Positions 1 to 12,838 of a stretch of 64,000 nt of DNA are shown here, piece after piece. Where the stretch lies: positions 773,635 to 837,634 of the forward strand of contig CAWBKB010000005.1 of assembly GCA_963789265.1 (NCBI GenBank). The letters are read 5' to 3'. The stretch is from an uncultured delta proteobacterium (lineage in GTDB: Bacteria; Desulfobacterota; Desulfomonilia; Desulfomonilales; Desulfomonilaceae). The first letter of the stretch is position 1. Each line of letters starts with the position of its first letter. Position numbers and translations under genes: made by a program. Below the pieces are notes generated by a model. The model saw only the letters and a program-made list of their open reading frames with translations, was not told the origin of the DNA and ran no database searches.

Positions 1-40
1 GTCTGAGTACTCCTAAGTTCGGTCGCGCATTTTCACGGTG

Positions 41-113
41 GGATTGCTTCGTCGTTTCTCTCCTCGCAATGACATTCCCGCTACCTGTCAATGCGAGCGC
101 AGCGAAGCAATCT
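41..113. repeat. REP-like palindromic repeat pair (GATTGCTTCG...CTCGCAATGACA / TGTCAATGCGAG...CGAAGCAATC)
   Basis: Two inverted units at 41-74 and 86-113 downstream of cysS; the same family occurs at 34791-34923. Confidence 0.75.
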
Positions 114-162
114 TTTCTTCCATGTCAAGTTCCTGACCTCACGGTATTGGCGAAACGATGGA

Positions 163-1621
163 CTAAGTCTTTTCCTCTACCTTCCAAGTTGTTCCCTTGG
201 GACCGTCCTCGAGCAGAATATGCTTGTCAGCCAGTACGCGGCGGATCTCGTCCGCACGCGCGAAATCTTTCTTGCTTCGTGCCTCGGCTCTTTCCGCTAT
301 CAGGCTCTCGATCTCCCCCTCACCTATTCCCAGATCTACCACACCGGATTTGCGCAGATTTTCCATGAAGCGGGCCGGTTTCTTCCTTAAGCAAGCCCAA
401 AATTTCACGCGATAGGGAAATAACTTCGTCCTTCACCTGAGCCAGAATATGGGGCCCAGGAATCTCCGACAACGAATCAGACGCAGAATAGCGGTTAATC
501 GCCCGAGCAACCCCGAACAGAATAGCCAGGGCCCGGGGGGTGTTGAAGTCGTCATCCATCGCCTGCATAAAGCGATCATTTATGTTCGCTAGTTCTTCGG
601 GGAGCTGATCCGAGGTGCCGGCACGTTTGCTGACTTCGTCCACGGCTGCCATGGCCGCATAAAGGCGCTCAAGCGCAGAGGCGGACTCCTTTATGGAACT
701 TTGGTTGTAGTCCAATGGGCTTCTGTAGTGACTCGAAATGAGGAATAACCGGAGCGCCTCCGGATGCACGGACTTGAGTATATCCCTTATGTTGAGGACG
801 TTCCCAAGAGATTTGGACATTTTCTCGGAACTGATATTGACGAATCCATTGTGGATCCAGTATTTGGCGAAATGTTTGCCGGTAGCCGCTTCTGACTGGG
901 CCATTTCATTTTCATGGTGGGGAAAGGCCAAATCAGCGCCTCCACCATGAATATCGAACTGTTCCCCTAACAGGCGCAAGCTCATGGCAGAGCACTCGAT
1001 GTGCCAACCGGGACGTCCCGGTCCCCAAGGAGACTCCCAGAAAGGCTCCCCGGGTTTGGCCGCTTTCCAGAGGGCGAAATCCAGAGGGTTTCGTTTCTTT
1101 TCGTCAACTTCGACGCGGGCACCCGATATCAACTCGTCAATCCTTTTGCCGGAAAGCTTGCCGTATCCGGCGAAGCTGTTCACCGAAAACATCACATCTC
1201 CGTTGGCTTCGTACGCGTGCCCGGACGAAACGAGCCTTTCGATCAGCGATTGCATCTCTCCTATATATTCGGTGGCCCTGGGTTCGAAGGTTGGACGAAG
1301 GATCCCTAGAGCGTCCATATCAACGTAAAATTCACCAATAAAGCGCTCCGCAAGACTTTTCCATTCCTCGCCCAGCTCTTTTGCTCGGTTTATGATCTTG
1401 TCATCCACATCGGTGAAGTTCCGCACAAAGGTAACGTCGTACCCACGATGCATGAGATACCTATAGATCACGTCAAAAAGGACGGCGGAACGAGCATGTC
1501 CCAGGTGACACATATCGTAAACCGTCATTCCGCAGACATACATCCCGACCTTTCCAGGCTGAAGGGGCTGAAAGTCTCCCTTTTTCCTTGTCAGGGTGTT
1601 GTATATCTTCAGTCCCATCAA
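163..1621 (-). CDS. cysS: Cysteine--tRNA ligase (one apparent frameshift near 380)
   Basis: [22 protein letters not shown] and KMSKS motifs in 320..1621; the C-terminal [14 protein letters not shown]...DGPKGTTW lies in frame 163..408; removing one A joins them. Confidence 0.95.
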
Positions 1622-1683
1622 ATTCTCCTATGGACGGATCTGTGAAAGTGCACGGGGCTTTGGCCCCGTTGCCAAATCTTGTC

Positions 1684-2166
1684 TCAAGATTGTTCGTCCT
1701 CTTCCAGGAGTACCACGGCCGATGCTGCTATACCTTCGGCACGGCCGACAAATCCCAGCCCTTCCGTGGTTGTTGCCTTGACGTTAATCAGGTTCGGTTC
1801 GATCCCCATTGCGTCGGACAAGTTGCCGACTATTGCGGCTCTAAACGGTCCCATTTTAGGAGTTTGCGCAAGAACTGTGACATCAAGATTGGCAATTCGA
1901 AAACCCAGCGAGCGTAATGCGGTCACAATAGTCTCCAACATGCTAATGCTGGAAGCATCCCTATACGTGGGGTCCGTGTCAGGAAAGTGCATGCCTATAT
2001 CTCCCAGGCCGCCGGCGCCAAGCAGCGCATCTATCACTGCGTGGGTAAGGACATCGGCGTCGGAATGCCCTTCCAGCCCGAGAGGATATGGTATAGTCTC
2101 TCCTCCTAGAATGAGCTTTCGTTTGTCCGCAAATCTGTGAACATCAAATCCGTGGCCTATTCGCAA
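1684..2166 (-). CDS. ispF: 2-C-methyl-D-erythritol 2,4-cyclodiphosphate synthase
   Basis: MRIGHGFDVH, GHSDADV, DIGMHFPDTD and KATTTEGLGF motifs; TTG start with AGGAG RBS. Confidence 0.97.
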   Translation of the reverse strand: MRIGHGFDVHRFADKRKLILGGETIPYPLGLEGHSDADVLTHAVIDALLGAGGLGDIGMHFPDTDPTYRDASSISMLETIVTALRSLGFRIANLDVTVLAQTPKMGPFRAAIVGNLSDAMGIEPNLINVKATTTEGLGFVGRAEGIAASAVVLLEEDEQS

Positions 2167-2294
2167 GGTTTTCTCCTGCCCGCCATCAATATGCGGAGCT
2201 TAATTCATCAACCGAAGTTCGTCAAGAATGGCTTATGGTCGGGGCAGCACGTATAGGATTACGAAGATCCACCGCAGAGAATACGCTCCAGTCC

Positions 2295-2323
2295 TTGACG
2301 AAAGTTATCGGCTGTCATAAACT
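2295..2323 (+). promoter_or_regulatory. Sigma70-type promoter for PBP1A
   Basis: TTGACG-17 nt-TAAACT about 50 nt upstream of the start. Confidence 0.5.
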
Positions 2324-2374
2324 TTGCGCTGGTTATCTTATCATTTTATGGAGCTCTGACAGGGAAGACCGCCG

Positions 2375-5242
2375 GTGATTTCGCGGCAAACGAAAAAACA
2401 AAATCGGCAGCCTCTGATTGGGGTTTTGGCCTGGTTGGGAGCAGGATTGCCGGTCCTTGTGTTCTGTGGGCTCGCATCGGGGACATTGGGAGCGGTCATA
2501 GGGGGTTATTGGGCCTTCTCTACGGATCTGCCCAAGATCCCGGACCTCAAGTCCTACCGTCCTAAGACGGTATCCACCTTTTACGCGGAAGACGGCAGCA
2601 TCATCGGTTTATTTTACAAACAGAAGCGATTCCCGGTCCCGCTGAAGTCTCTGCCTTCTCGTGTGATTAATGCTTTTCTGGCCGCAGAGGACTCCAGGTT
2701 TTTTTCTCATTCCGGGGTGGACCTGTTGGGCATTCTCAGAGCACTGGTCAAGAACATGGAGGCAGGGACTTTCGCCCAGGGCGGGAGCACCATAACTCAG
2801 CAGGTCACGCGCAATTTCCTCTTATCCAACGAAAAAACAATCTCTCGCAAGATTCGAGAGGCTATCCTCGCTTCCAGGCTGGAGCGAACCCTGAGTAAGA
2901 ATGAGATCCTGGATATCTACTTAAATGAAATCTATTTGGGCAAGGGTTCCTACGGAGTGGAAGCTGCCGCCCGAACGTACTTCGGCAAACCCGCAGCCGA
3001 AATGACCATTGGGGAGGCCGCCTTGGTGGCCGGGCTGGTTTCCAATCCCACAAAATACTCGCCTGCTCGAAGTTACGAACCCGCTGTGAAACGAAGAAAC
3101 TTCGGTACTGGGCCGCATGCTCAACGATGGTTTTATTACCGAGAATCAATACCGTGAGGCTATAGCGGAAATTCCATCTTTCAGGGAAAAGCTGCCCAAT
3201 CCGTACCAGAAGGTCCCCTATTTCACCGAGGCAGTCAGACAGTATATTTTGGCCAGGTACGGCGAAGACGAGTTGTACAATCAGGGCCTTCAGGTTCTGG
3301 ACTACCTGCGATCCGGCTCTTCAGAATGAAGCCTCCGAAGCCCTTATTAAGGGAGCTCGATCATGGGAAAGACGAGAGGGTAGACCCGCAGGGCTTGTCC
3401 GAAGGGTCAAGCCTTCAGAGGCGAAAGAATTTCTCGCAGGCTCTCCCGCAAGGTCTTACGCAGTCGGTGACTTCGTACAAGCCATCGTAATATCGAATAA
3501 TTCCCCGAAGAAGCGAAGACGAAATCATCCGGAAACCCATATCCAAGAATGCACGCTGGCCCTTCGCGGAGACCTTCGGTTTAAAATACGGCTCGAAAGT
3601 GATATCCGCTATCGTACCAATGATCTGCTCGAATTCAGAATAACTAAGATCGATGGAACGGTGCTGAAGTTTGAACATCAGACCCTCCCTCGGGTCCAAG
3701 GAGCCGTCGTATGCATCGAGAACAACACAGGATATGTTCGTGCGCTGGTCGGGGGCCTTGGTTTTGATCGATCCAACTTCAATAGGGCGATTCAGGCGAT
3801 GCGCCAGCCTGGCAGCGCTTTTAAACCGTTCCTGTACGCAGCGGCACTTGAATGGGGCGGATACAGCCCTCGTACACTGATAGTGGATGAACCCATCGCT
3901 GTAGTCGTAGATCCCAGGGAGGCTGAATGGATTCCCAAGAATTCGGATCGACAGTTCGATGGCCCGATGACTTTCAAACACGCACTGGCCTACTCCCGGA
4001 ACATTATTTCAGTCAAATTGTTGATGGATGTCGGCATGGATCCAGTAATCCGGATGGCCCGCAACATGGGGATTCAATCTCCTCTGCGCAGAAATCTGTC
4101 GCTCTCTCTGGGGGCCTCGGAAGTCACCCCATTGGAGCTTACTTCAGCCTATACGGTTTTTCCCAATATGGGGGTTCGGGTGCCCCCCGTACTCGTCAAG
4201 AAAGTGGTAGACCGCTTCGGCAATGTGCTCGAGGACAACTCGGCCAAACCGTTGAGCGTGCTCCAGCAGATCACGGCAGGAGGTTCGTCGGGCATTCCCT
4301 TTATTGAACCTTCTGCCTCAGGAAAAATGGCTCCCGGATCAAGCTATGACAGCCAAATGCAGGGAGGTCTTGTTGACGAGATGCACAACCTTGCTTACGA
4401 GAGTCAAGGCGCCTCGTCGAATCCCGATGACAAGCAAGGGCCGGCGGGCTCTCTGCAAGCCGCGGCTGCTCGTCACGGTCCGAGAATGGTGCGCGTGCTC
4501 AGCCCCCAGAGTGCTTACCTTATGGTGAGCGTCCTCAGGGATACCTGCGTGTCAGGAACGGCTGCGGCAGCCGCTCGCCTCCACCGGCAAGACTTGGCCG
4601 GTAAAACAGGCACCACCGATGATTGCACTGACGCGTGGTTCGTGGGCTTCAATCCCGAATACACAACAGGTGTTTGGATGGGATATGACGGTAAAGTGTC
4701 GTTGGGCCATCGAGAGTACGGGGGCACCGCGGCCCTTCCTGTGTGGATGGATTTTATGAGAAAGGCGATTGGCAGCGAACCTTCAGTGGGGTACCCCGTT
4801 CCGGACGGCATAGTATTTGGGGGTGCTGGCAGTCCCGGCCGGGACCCATCCGAATTTGAACGCTCTTCTTGAAGCCGCGCCGGATTTTGGTTTCAGGCCC
4901 GATATTAAACAGGTATCGCCGGTGGACACCGCCTTCGTGCCTGCCGCTGCCAATGTGGAGGACACACCTGCCTCTCCTTCTACCATGAACTTTGTCGGGC
5001 CTGCTTATCCCAGCACGATAAGAGTATTGTCCCCTACCGGGCAAACGCTCGGCTATGCCCTGTACGAGGTGGATGGCAAAGGTAAAGTTACTTTGCACAG
5101 AGACACTTTCATGACGGAGAATCGAGAAGAGGGGTCCGGCGGGGAAGCGCGCTCCGATGAGTCTTTCTTTACGGGCGCCGTAAGGTTCCTTCGGAATTTC
5201 CCCTCCTCTATGCCGTTTTCCCTGGAGGGATGGTTTCAATGA
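2375..5242 (+). CDS. Class A penicillin-binding protein 1A (three apparent frameshifts near 3104, 3295, 4850)
   Basis: N-terminal TM; transglycosylase motifs AEDSRF, QGGSTITQQ, RKIREA; transpeptidase motifs RQPGSAFKP, SRN, GKTGTT; pieces 2375..3157, 3117..3329, 3301..4872, 4817..5242. Confidence 0.9.
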
Positions 5243-6376
5243 TCGGCTCGAAAAAATGGTCAGTTATTGTGACGCTGATCGTGATATTCGGCACAGGCCT
5301 CGTAATAGGGCTGTGGCTTAACCGGAATGCGCCTCACGCCCGCGTCCCCTCACATCCTGTTCGATATGAGCCTCTCGAAAGAGACGAAGCCGTGGTGATT
5401 AAGGTTTATCGAGAGATAAGCCCCGCTGTAGTGAACATTATCGCAACTCATCAGGCCCTGACCGCTTGGATGCAGCTAGTTCCGCAGACAGGGCAAGGGA
5501 CTGGCTTTGTCATTGATTCAGAGGGCCACATCCTTACCAATAATCACGTCGTGGCAAACGCAGAAGATCTTGAAGTCACCTTTGCCGGCCAAAAGAAAAT
5601 GCAGGCGAAGCTGGTCGGTCGAGACCCGGCAAGCGATCTCGCAGTGATTAAGGTCACCCCTTTTCCGGGCATGAAAGTGGCCCCGCTCGGGGATTCCGAC
5701 CAACTCGTGGTTGGCCAGCGAGTCGTAGCAATCGGCAACCCCTTCGGCCTTCAGCACACAGTAACAGCGGGTTTCATAAGCGCGCTGAACCGTGCTGTGT
5801 CCGTTGGCCAGCGTACGATGATGGGGATGATCCAGAACCGACGCCGCTATTAATCCCGGCAACAGCGGCGGCCCCTTGATAGATGCTCGTGTGGAAGTCA
5901 TAGCCATTAACGCGGCCATTTTCACGACCAAATCAGGAGGATTTATGGGGATCGGGCTGGCTCTGCCTATTAATCGGGCTAAAAAAGTGGCGGCGCAAAT
6001 TGTGAAAGTCGGCCGGGCTATCTATCCGTGGATAGGGATAAAATCATCGAGAAACCTTGAACCGGAACTTGCCGTTAAAATGGGGCTCCCACCTGTCAAA
6101 GGAGTACTTATTTTTGAATTGTTTCCCGGCACACCGGCAACGAAAGCCGGCCTGAGGGAAGGGGACCGCCTGGCTTTTTATGGCAATAGTCCGATACTGC
6201 TGGGCGGCGACGTAATCCTCGCCGTGGATGGCACTCCTACCCCGAGTTTTGATGACTTGCAGTATGCCATGACTCGCAAAAACATTGGTGACCGTGTGCA
6301 ACTGAAAGTGCTCCGAGGTAAACAGGAGTTTCCAGTCGACCTCGTTTTGGCCGAAGATCCGCGAATGCGACAATGA
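5239..6376 (+). CDS. HtrA/DegP-family serine protease with PDZ domain (frameshift near 5837)
   Basis: GTGFVI, LTNNHVV, SDLAVIK; removing one A restores IQTDAAINPGNSGGPL; C-terminal PDZ-like GDVILAVDG. Confidence 0.92.
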
Positions 6377-6629
6377 ATCTTATTCTGTTGTGATATTCAT
6401 CATCTTGGAGGACCTGGAAGCGACTGGAAAAAGGACGGCCGGGTTGCGAAATGACGCCTCTGCGCCTCGGCAAACTCCGGCCAACTTCACATCAGAATTA
6501 CCCGGTTAATGATTCTGATGCGGGGCGGCAATATTTGATTCGCCGGTGGCCTGATCGACCGGCTTTTCGAAATCTTTTTTACAGGTCTCACGGAGGCCGG
6601 ATTGCGCCCACGTCTCTTCTTTAGAGACC

Positions 6630-6938
6630 TTATTGAAGAGATGACAAAGGTATATTTTCCGACGCGCTGGGAGGCTTGATTCGATTACTGGTCGACCCGC
6701 CCGGAGGAGGAACCGGTACCGGAACCGCTGGATATGACAGCGGATAAAGTGGGGTCGGCGGAAGGCGCCACGGCCAGGGCTCGTGGCCTCCCCAAGCAAG
6801 AATGGGAGTATGCGTAGGAACTGTATACATCAGCGCGCCATTTGGGGTAACTGCCCCTTCCGGGGCCACTGAAAACTGGGCTAATGCTGAGGATGCGGCC
6901 AGGGCAATCAGAATCAGGGCAAGGAACCACTTTTTCAT
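6630..6938 (-). CDS. Small secreted proline-rich hypothetical protein
   Basis: Signal peptide MKKWFLALILIALAASSALA followed by Pro-rich sequence; the 3' end may be frameshifted into 6506..6799. Confidence 0.6.
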   Translation of the reverse strand: MKKWFLALILIALAASSALAQFSVAPEGAVTPNGALMYTVPTHTPILAWGGHEPWPWRLPPTPLYPLSYPAVPVPVPPPGGSTSNRIKPPSASENIPLSSLQ

Positions 6939-7191
6939 CTCTCATTCCTTTGTCTTCAGCCGGAAATCAAGCCGGGACCTATTAGATTTCGCGGTGCATT
7001 ATCGGTTTTCAAATGCCACACCGTCCCCGATCTTACCACCGCACGGGACACCTTTTCAATTCATTATTTGTGTCTCGACCATATCCGCAGCCATACCTCC
7101 TTGAGCAATCACGGTCAATTAGATACCATTACGAACTGGGATGCACTCCAATTTTCTTGATGCAACCGATCTTTGAAAGAAGGAGATATCA

Positions 7192-7974
7192 GTGAACCTC
7201 ACGGGCGGATTGCTGGATCGCTTCATCGAGAGCCAGATATTCTTTCCCGATCGCTTCTTGGTATGTACACCGGCGGACGCGGCGTTGGATTACGAGGATG
7301 TATGGTTTTACACCACCGATGAGGTCCGTTTGCACGGCTGGATGGTCCCTGGGTCAGGCAATTCCGCACTTATGCTCTTTTGTCATGGAAATGCCGGAAA
7401 TATTTCCCATAGGCTCGACAACATCCGGCGTTTGCACGATACAGGGTTGGATGTATTCATATTCGATTACCGCGGCTATGGGCAAAGCAGCGGACGAATA
7501 TCCGAAAGCGGATTTTATCTGGATGCCGAAGCCGCTTACGCACTAGCTCTCAAACACGCGGCTGCGAGGAAATTGAAACTGATCATATTCGGCCGATCGC
7601 TTGGCGGTATAGCAGCGGTACATATAGGCGCCCGCTACACTTGTTCCGGCTTGATTCTTGAGTCTACCTTCACTAATATGGCCGATATGGCACAAGTGCA
7701 TTTTCCTTTGCCCGTTCCACGGGGAGTTGTCTCCCACAGATTCAATGCTTTGGAAAAAATCGGCCGGATAAACGCCCCTATTTTGTTCTTCCATGGAGAC
7801 ATTGATAACATAGTGCCTGTTCAACTAGGCCGCGAACTCTTCCATGCTGCAAGGGGCCCCAAGGAGTTTGTAACCATCGAAGGTGCGGGGCACAACGATA
7901 CCTACTTGGTGGCGAGCCGGGTGTACTTTGACAAGATAAGAGATTTCGCCAACTCACTGCCTGCACTTCCGTGA
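7192..7974 (+). CDS. Alpha/beta hydrolase
   Basis: FCHGNAGN, DYRGYG, GRSLGG nucleophile elbow, HGDID, GAGHND; AGGAG RBS. Confidence 0.9.
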   Translation: MNLTGGLLDRFIESQIFFPDRFLVCTPADAALDYEDVWFYTTDEVRLHGWMVPGSGNSALMLFCHGNAGNISHRLDNIRRLHDTGLDVFIFDYRGYGQSSGRISESGFYLDAEAAYALALKHAAARKLKLIIFGRSLGGIAAVHIGARYTCSGLILESTFTNMADMAQVHFPLPVPRGVVSHRFNALEKIGRINAPILFFHGDIDNIVPVQLGRELFHAARGPKEFVTIEGAGHNDTYLVASRVYFDKIRDFANSLPALP

Positions 7975-8026
7975 GAATCTCGCCCGCCTTGGACAAGGTA
8001 ACCAATTGACTTCGCCGGGGACCAAA

Positions 8027-9595
8027 TCATATATGGCTCTGATCGGCGGGATCTTCTTGGTAGCTGTGATAGCTGTGCCTCATTCCGTATAAAAAGTATA
8101 TGAACTGTCCTACAATCAGCCATACCAGGAGACGCAGCCAGGATTCAACAGGGAGGCTCAGAGCCAAATAGAGGCAGCAAACAATCCCAAGCACCGGCAC
8201 CAATGGGACTAAAGGCGTTTTGAAAGGTCTCGGCAAGTCTGGTTGTTCGTGACGAAGCACCATTACGGCAGTGCAAACGACTATAAAGGCAGCAAGAGTT
8301 CCGATTGAAACAAGTTCGCCCAGAAGCCCGATAGGAGCCAGTGACGCCACCACTGCCACGGCTAATCCGCAGACAGCCGACGTATTAGCCGGGGTGTGGA
8401 ACCGAGGATGAATCCTGGAAAAGAACAAAGGCAAAAGTCCGTCGCGAGCCATGCTGAATAGAATACGCGCCTGGCCCAGCAGCAAAACGAGAATTACCGA
8501 AGTCAGTCCAGCGATGGCCCCGAGTTTTACCAAAAACGCCAGCCAGTGAATTCCAATGGAGTCGATAGCCACAGCAACGGGATCCGCCACGTTAAGTCTT
8601 GAATAGTTGACAATGCCGGTGATGACCAGAGCAACTAGAATATAGAGCACAGTACAGATGGCCAAGGAGCCCAGAATGCCAATAGGCATATCGCGTTGGG
8701 GATTGCGAGCTTCCTGGGCTGTAGTAGAGACGGCATCAAATCCGACATAGGCAAAAAAAACCACCGCCGCCCCTCTGGCCACCCCCGACCAGCCGAACGC
8801 GCCGAATTTGCCTGCATTGGGAGGAATGAAGGGGGTCCAGTTCGACGTTTTCACAAATGCAAATCCTACTGAAATAACAGCTAGGATCACTACAACCTTC
8901 ACCACCACAATTACAGAGTTGAAGGTTGCCGATTCGCGAATCCCTCTGATAAGCACAGCGCTCAGAAGAACTATGATAACAAACGCCGGCAAGTTAAACA
9001 GTGCCGTTGTTTGCTGCAAAGTGGCCACCGAGATGCCCGCCTGCTGCAAACATTGGCTGTAATTGCTCAATTGGTGCCATCCCTCAGGCACACAAAGCCC
9101 CATTGTGCGGATTAATTTGTCCGACAAATAAACAAGATTAGTCCCAGGGGGGGCTATAAGTTGCGGGGGAATATGAATGCCGACTTGCCGCAAGAAGCTG
9201 ACCATATATCCTGACCAACCCACTGCAACGGTCGCGGAGCCTATGGAATACTCGAGAAGCAAGTCCCATCCGATGAACCAAGCAAAGAACTCGCCTAAAG
9301 TCGCGTATGAATAAGTGTATGCGCTTCCTGCAATCGGGATCATGGATGCGAATTCCGCATAACATAAGCCTGCGAATGCACATGCCGCGCCTGAAAGAAC
9401 AAATGAAAATACAATGGCAGGCCCAGCGTAGTTAGCTGCCGCTTGTCCTGTTAAAACGAATATTCCCGCTCCAACAACAGCTCCTATACCAATCGCCGTC
9501 AGGTCTATGGGGCCCAAAGCTCTCTTCAGACCAACATCGGTCCGGGCTTCTGCTTGGAGCCCTTCAATGCTCTTCTTTCGCCAGAGTTGATTCAT
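8027..9595 (-). CDS. APC-family amino acid permease
   Basis: GAVVGAGIFVLTG, YAEFASMIPIAGSAYTY, FFAYVGFD; about 12 hydrophobic segments. Confidence 0.93.
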   Translation of the reverse strand: MNQLWRKKSIEGLQAEARTDVGLKRALGPIDLTAIGIGAVVGAGIFVLTGQAAANYAGPAIVFSFVLSGAACAFAGLCYAEFASMIPIAGSAYTYSYATLGEFFAWFIGWDLLLEYSIGSATVAVGWSGYMVSFLRQVGIHIPPQLIAPPGTNLVYLSDKLIRTMGLCVPEGWHQLSNYSQCLQQAGISVATLQQTTALFNLPAFVIIVLLSAVLIRGIRESATFNSVIVVVKVVVILAVISVGFAFVKTSNWTPFIPPNAGKFGAFGWSGVARGAAVVFFAYVGFDAVSTTAQEARNPQRDMPIGILGSLAICTVLYILVALVITGIVNYSRLNVADPVAVAIDSIGIHWLAFLVKLGAIAGLTSVILVLLLGQARILFSMARDGLLPLFFSRIHPRFHTPANTSAVCGLAVAVVASLAPIGLLGELVSIGTLAAFIVVCTAVMVLRHEQPDLPRPFKTPLVPLVPVLGIVCCLYLALSLPVESWLRLLVWLIVGQFIYFLYGMRHSYHSYQEDPADQSHI

Positions 9596-9647
9596 TACGT
9601 TCAGATTTTTGGAAGGTTGGAAGAGCCTTCTCTCCTTTCAGGGTTGT

Positions 9648-12600
9648 TCAAGACGGTGGGATCTGCATCACGACGTCCCGAATTATCTCCACGAGTTTCG
9701 TGATATCAACCGGTTTTTCAACAATTGCATCCACACCGCTTTCGATCATCTTTTCCTCTTCATTAAACTGTCCGGCCCAGCCTGTCAGAAGGATGAAGGG
9801 TGTCTTCGGCAAGCCCTTCTCTTTGCATAAGTTTTTGATAGTCCTCCCGACCTGCCAGCCGTTTAAATCGGGCATGCCCAGATCACAGATCACCAAATCT
9901 ACCGGCTTTTGCTTGAAAAGTTCAAGTCCCTCTCGGCCGGACAGGGCCGTGAAGACGGTTTGTCCGTATCCCATCAGGCCTTCCCGGAGCATATTGAGCA
10001 AAAGCTGCATATCGTCTATTGCCAAGATCTTCAGTTCCAGATCGAAAGCAGTGTGAGCAGATGAAGTATCTCCCGAAAATCCTTTGGCCATAGGCAATTT
10101 CACAGCAAAAGATGATCCGTGTCCCTCTCTGCTTTCTGCTGTGATGGTTCCGGCATGACGGGTGACTATACCATAGCTGACGGCAAGACCCATGCCCGTC
10201 CCGTTGGGACCCTTCGTGGTCCAGAACGGCTCAAATACTCTTGGCAGAAATTCCTGAGCTATTCCTATACCGGTGTCGTCCACACGAAAGATCACACTCC
10301 TTTTTCTAGCGTGTGTCGCCACATTAATTTCTCCGCCCTGTGGAAGTGCCTCCGCGGCATTCTTTATGAGGTTGACAACCACTTCGAACAACTCATTCTG
10401 TTTGCCTCGAACTAAACATCCGTCCGTAAGTTCCAGATTGAGGTTGATGGTTATGCCCTCCCTTTCCGGAGTGGTTTTCCACCAAGGCTTGGTCATTTCT
10501 ACAGCCTGCCGGACAAGGTCGGACAAATCGAATGTATCGCTTTTCGCGGAGACGGGTTCGGATTGAAGATTCGCGAAACTCTGAAGGCGTTTGACAGTCT
10601 CGGCTCCAAATTTGGAACTTTCGAGTATCTGCTCAAGATGCCTCCGAACATTGGGTATATTCTCCAGTTCAAGGTTCAGCGATGCCAACTGAGCCCCACC
10701 CATGATGATCTGAAGGAGGTTGTTGAAGTTGTGCGCAACGCCGGAAGCCAGATCTGCTACCGCTTTGAGACGCTCCGTCTGGATCTGCAAATCTTTGGCC
10801 TTGTTCAAATCGGTGCAGTCTTCAAGAATGCCAATTCCTCCAATTATAGAGCCTTCCTCGGTGACAATCGGCCCGAAGGAAGCTTTCAACGGCGTGGACT
10901 TATCCGATGTCACCGAATGATAACGACCTTCGAAACGCCCTAACTGGCCGGATAAAGCTTTCTTTATAGCCGCGACGGCCCACCGGTCATGCAGACCGGT
11001 GAGCACGTTTAGACCAAGGAGCTTTTCTTTGGAAGAACCTATAATGCTCACAAAATTGTCGTTGCAAGTCGTTATGATACCATTATGATTGAAATGAAAG
11101 ACTCCGAGGGGGGAGTTTCTCAAAAATGATTCGATACTTTTCTTCCGATTGCCTTAGGGCATCTTCGGCCTTTTTGCGGTCGGTTATGTCTCTGGCAATC
11201 ACCTGGTGGCCGGTAATTTTGTCTGCCTCCATTATGATACTTACATTTTGTCCCAGCCAGACGGTTTCTCCATCTTTAGTTAGGATGGGAACCTCGCAAT
11301 ATGTGTCCGCCAGTTTCCGGACAAACTGCGCTCTATAAAACTTCTCTGTTTGTTTTTTATGATCGGGCCGGATCAAATCGAGATAGTGCTTACCGACAAG
11401 CTCCCTTTCGGAGAATCCGGTTATGCGTGAAGCCACGGGATTGACCAATCCTACAATCCCGTCTTCATCGGTAAGGAATATGATATCATTAGCTTTCTCC
11501 ACAACTTCACGGTATCGTGTTTCGCTCGCTCGTAACGCCTCTTCCATCTTCCGGCGTTCGGTAATGTCCCTAGCCATGCCCTGAACGCCTACTGGTTTAT
11601 TATCTTTCCTGATTATTCGACTATTGACTTCTACCCAGTGTGGGTTCCCGTCTTTGGCGCGGATCAGGAGTTCGTAAGGACCTGTAGTCTCAACACCGTC
11701 TTCGATCTTCTTGCGAAGCTGCTCTTGAGTTACGTGCAAGTGTTCCGGGTCTACAATATCCCTGAAATTAAGTTTTACAAGCTCTGAGGGGCTATATCCG
11801 CTTATCTTCGTTGCAGCTCTGTTTACAGAGGTGTAATTACCTTCCAGATCATGCGTATATATCATATCCGACGCATTTTCAAAGAGTTTCTCGGTACCGC
11901 TTTTCGCTCTCATGGAGAGCCCCTTCCATCCTCTTGCGATCGGTGATGTCCAGGCAATACTCTATAATTTGCTCAACGGCCCCTTCGCTGTTGAAAATGG
12001 GATAAGCGTGAACTTCCACGTGCTTGAGGTTGCCTGTCTTGTCGCAATGAACATGTTCGGCCACGACCGGCCGGCCGGTCCTTTTAATTTCTTCTATGGG
12101 ACAAAGACTGTCCGCGTCGTTACACGGTTCTTTCCTTTGATGGGACACGGAATAACAAGTTGAACCGGTGCAATAGCCTGCGGAGACCGCGGCGGAATTC
12201 GCTCTATGGATCGTGTAATCGTCCGCATTGATGATATAGAAAGGATGAGTTAATGCCTCCAAGATGCTATTCAACGATTCGTTTTGACGTCGAACCTGCT
12301 CCTCGGCCTGTTTCCGCTGTCCGATTTCCCGCCGGAGCCGCTCATTATGTTCCTGCTTATGGAGCAGTCGTTTCTTCTCACTGGTCAAGTCCTCGATCAG
12401 AACCAGTATTAGTCTGTCCTTCCCCATTCTTAGAGACCGAAAGTTTATGCGGGCCCAGATTTGGCCACTGCCAATCTTCATTCTCGCTTCGATGATCCGA
12501 GGTTTTCTGGTGGAGAAAACGAACTTCAGTGCTGCCTGTGCCTTCTTCGAAGCGGAACGTCTTGTAAAAAGTGTATAAAAAGGAACACCTTCGGTTTCGT

Positions 12601-12838
12601 CGTACTTGGAGTCTATCTTCCCACAGGATTCGTTGGCAAAAGCAACACAGTATGAACGGTCAACCAAAAAGGCCGGAATTGGTAGAGCTTGTAACAGCTT
12701 GCCGAATGTTGTGGCCGGGATACTGCCCACGCGAAAGCTGCCGGAGGGTGTCAGATCTTTGGTCAGGAGGTTGTCAAGTTCAATTGTTTGCGTCTTTTCG
12801 TGGTCTACACTCGGTGAAAGGAGATCTTTGTCGTCCAT
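9648..12838 (-). CDS. Multi-PAS hybrid sensor histidine kinase with receiver domain (frameshifts near 11117 and 11895)
   Basis: Repeated PAS/PAC ends (DITDRK, RDITERR); H-box AHNFNN; N/G boxes (NLIKNA, DDTGIG, GTGMGL); receiver DLGMPD; ATG at 12838 with GGAGG RBS. Confidence 0.9.
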
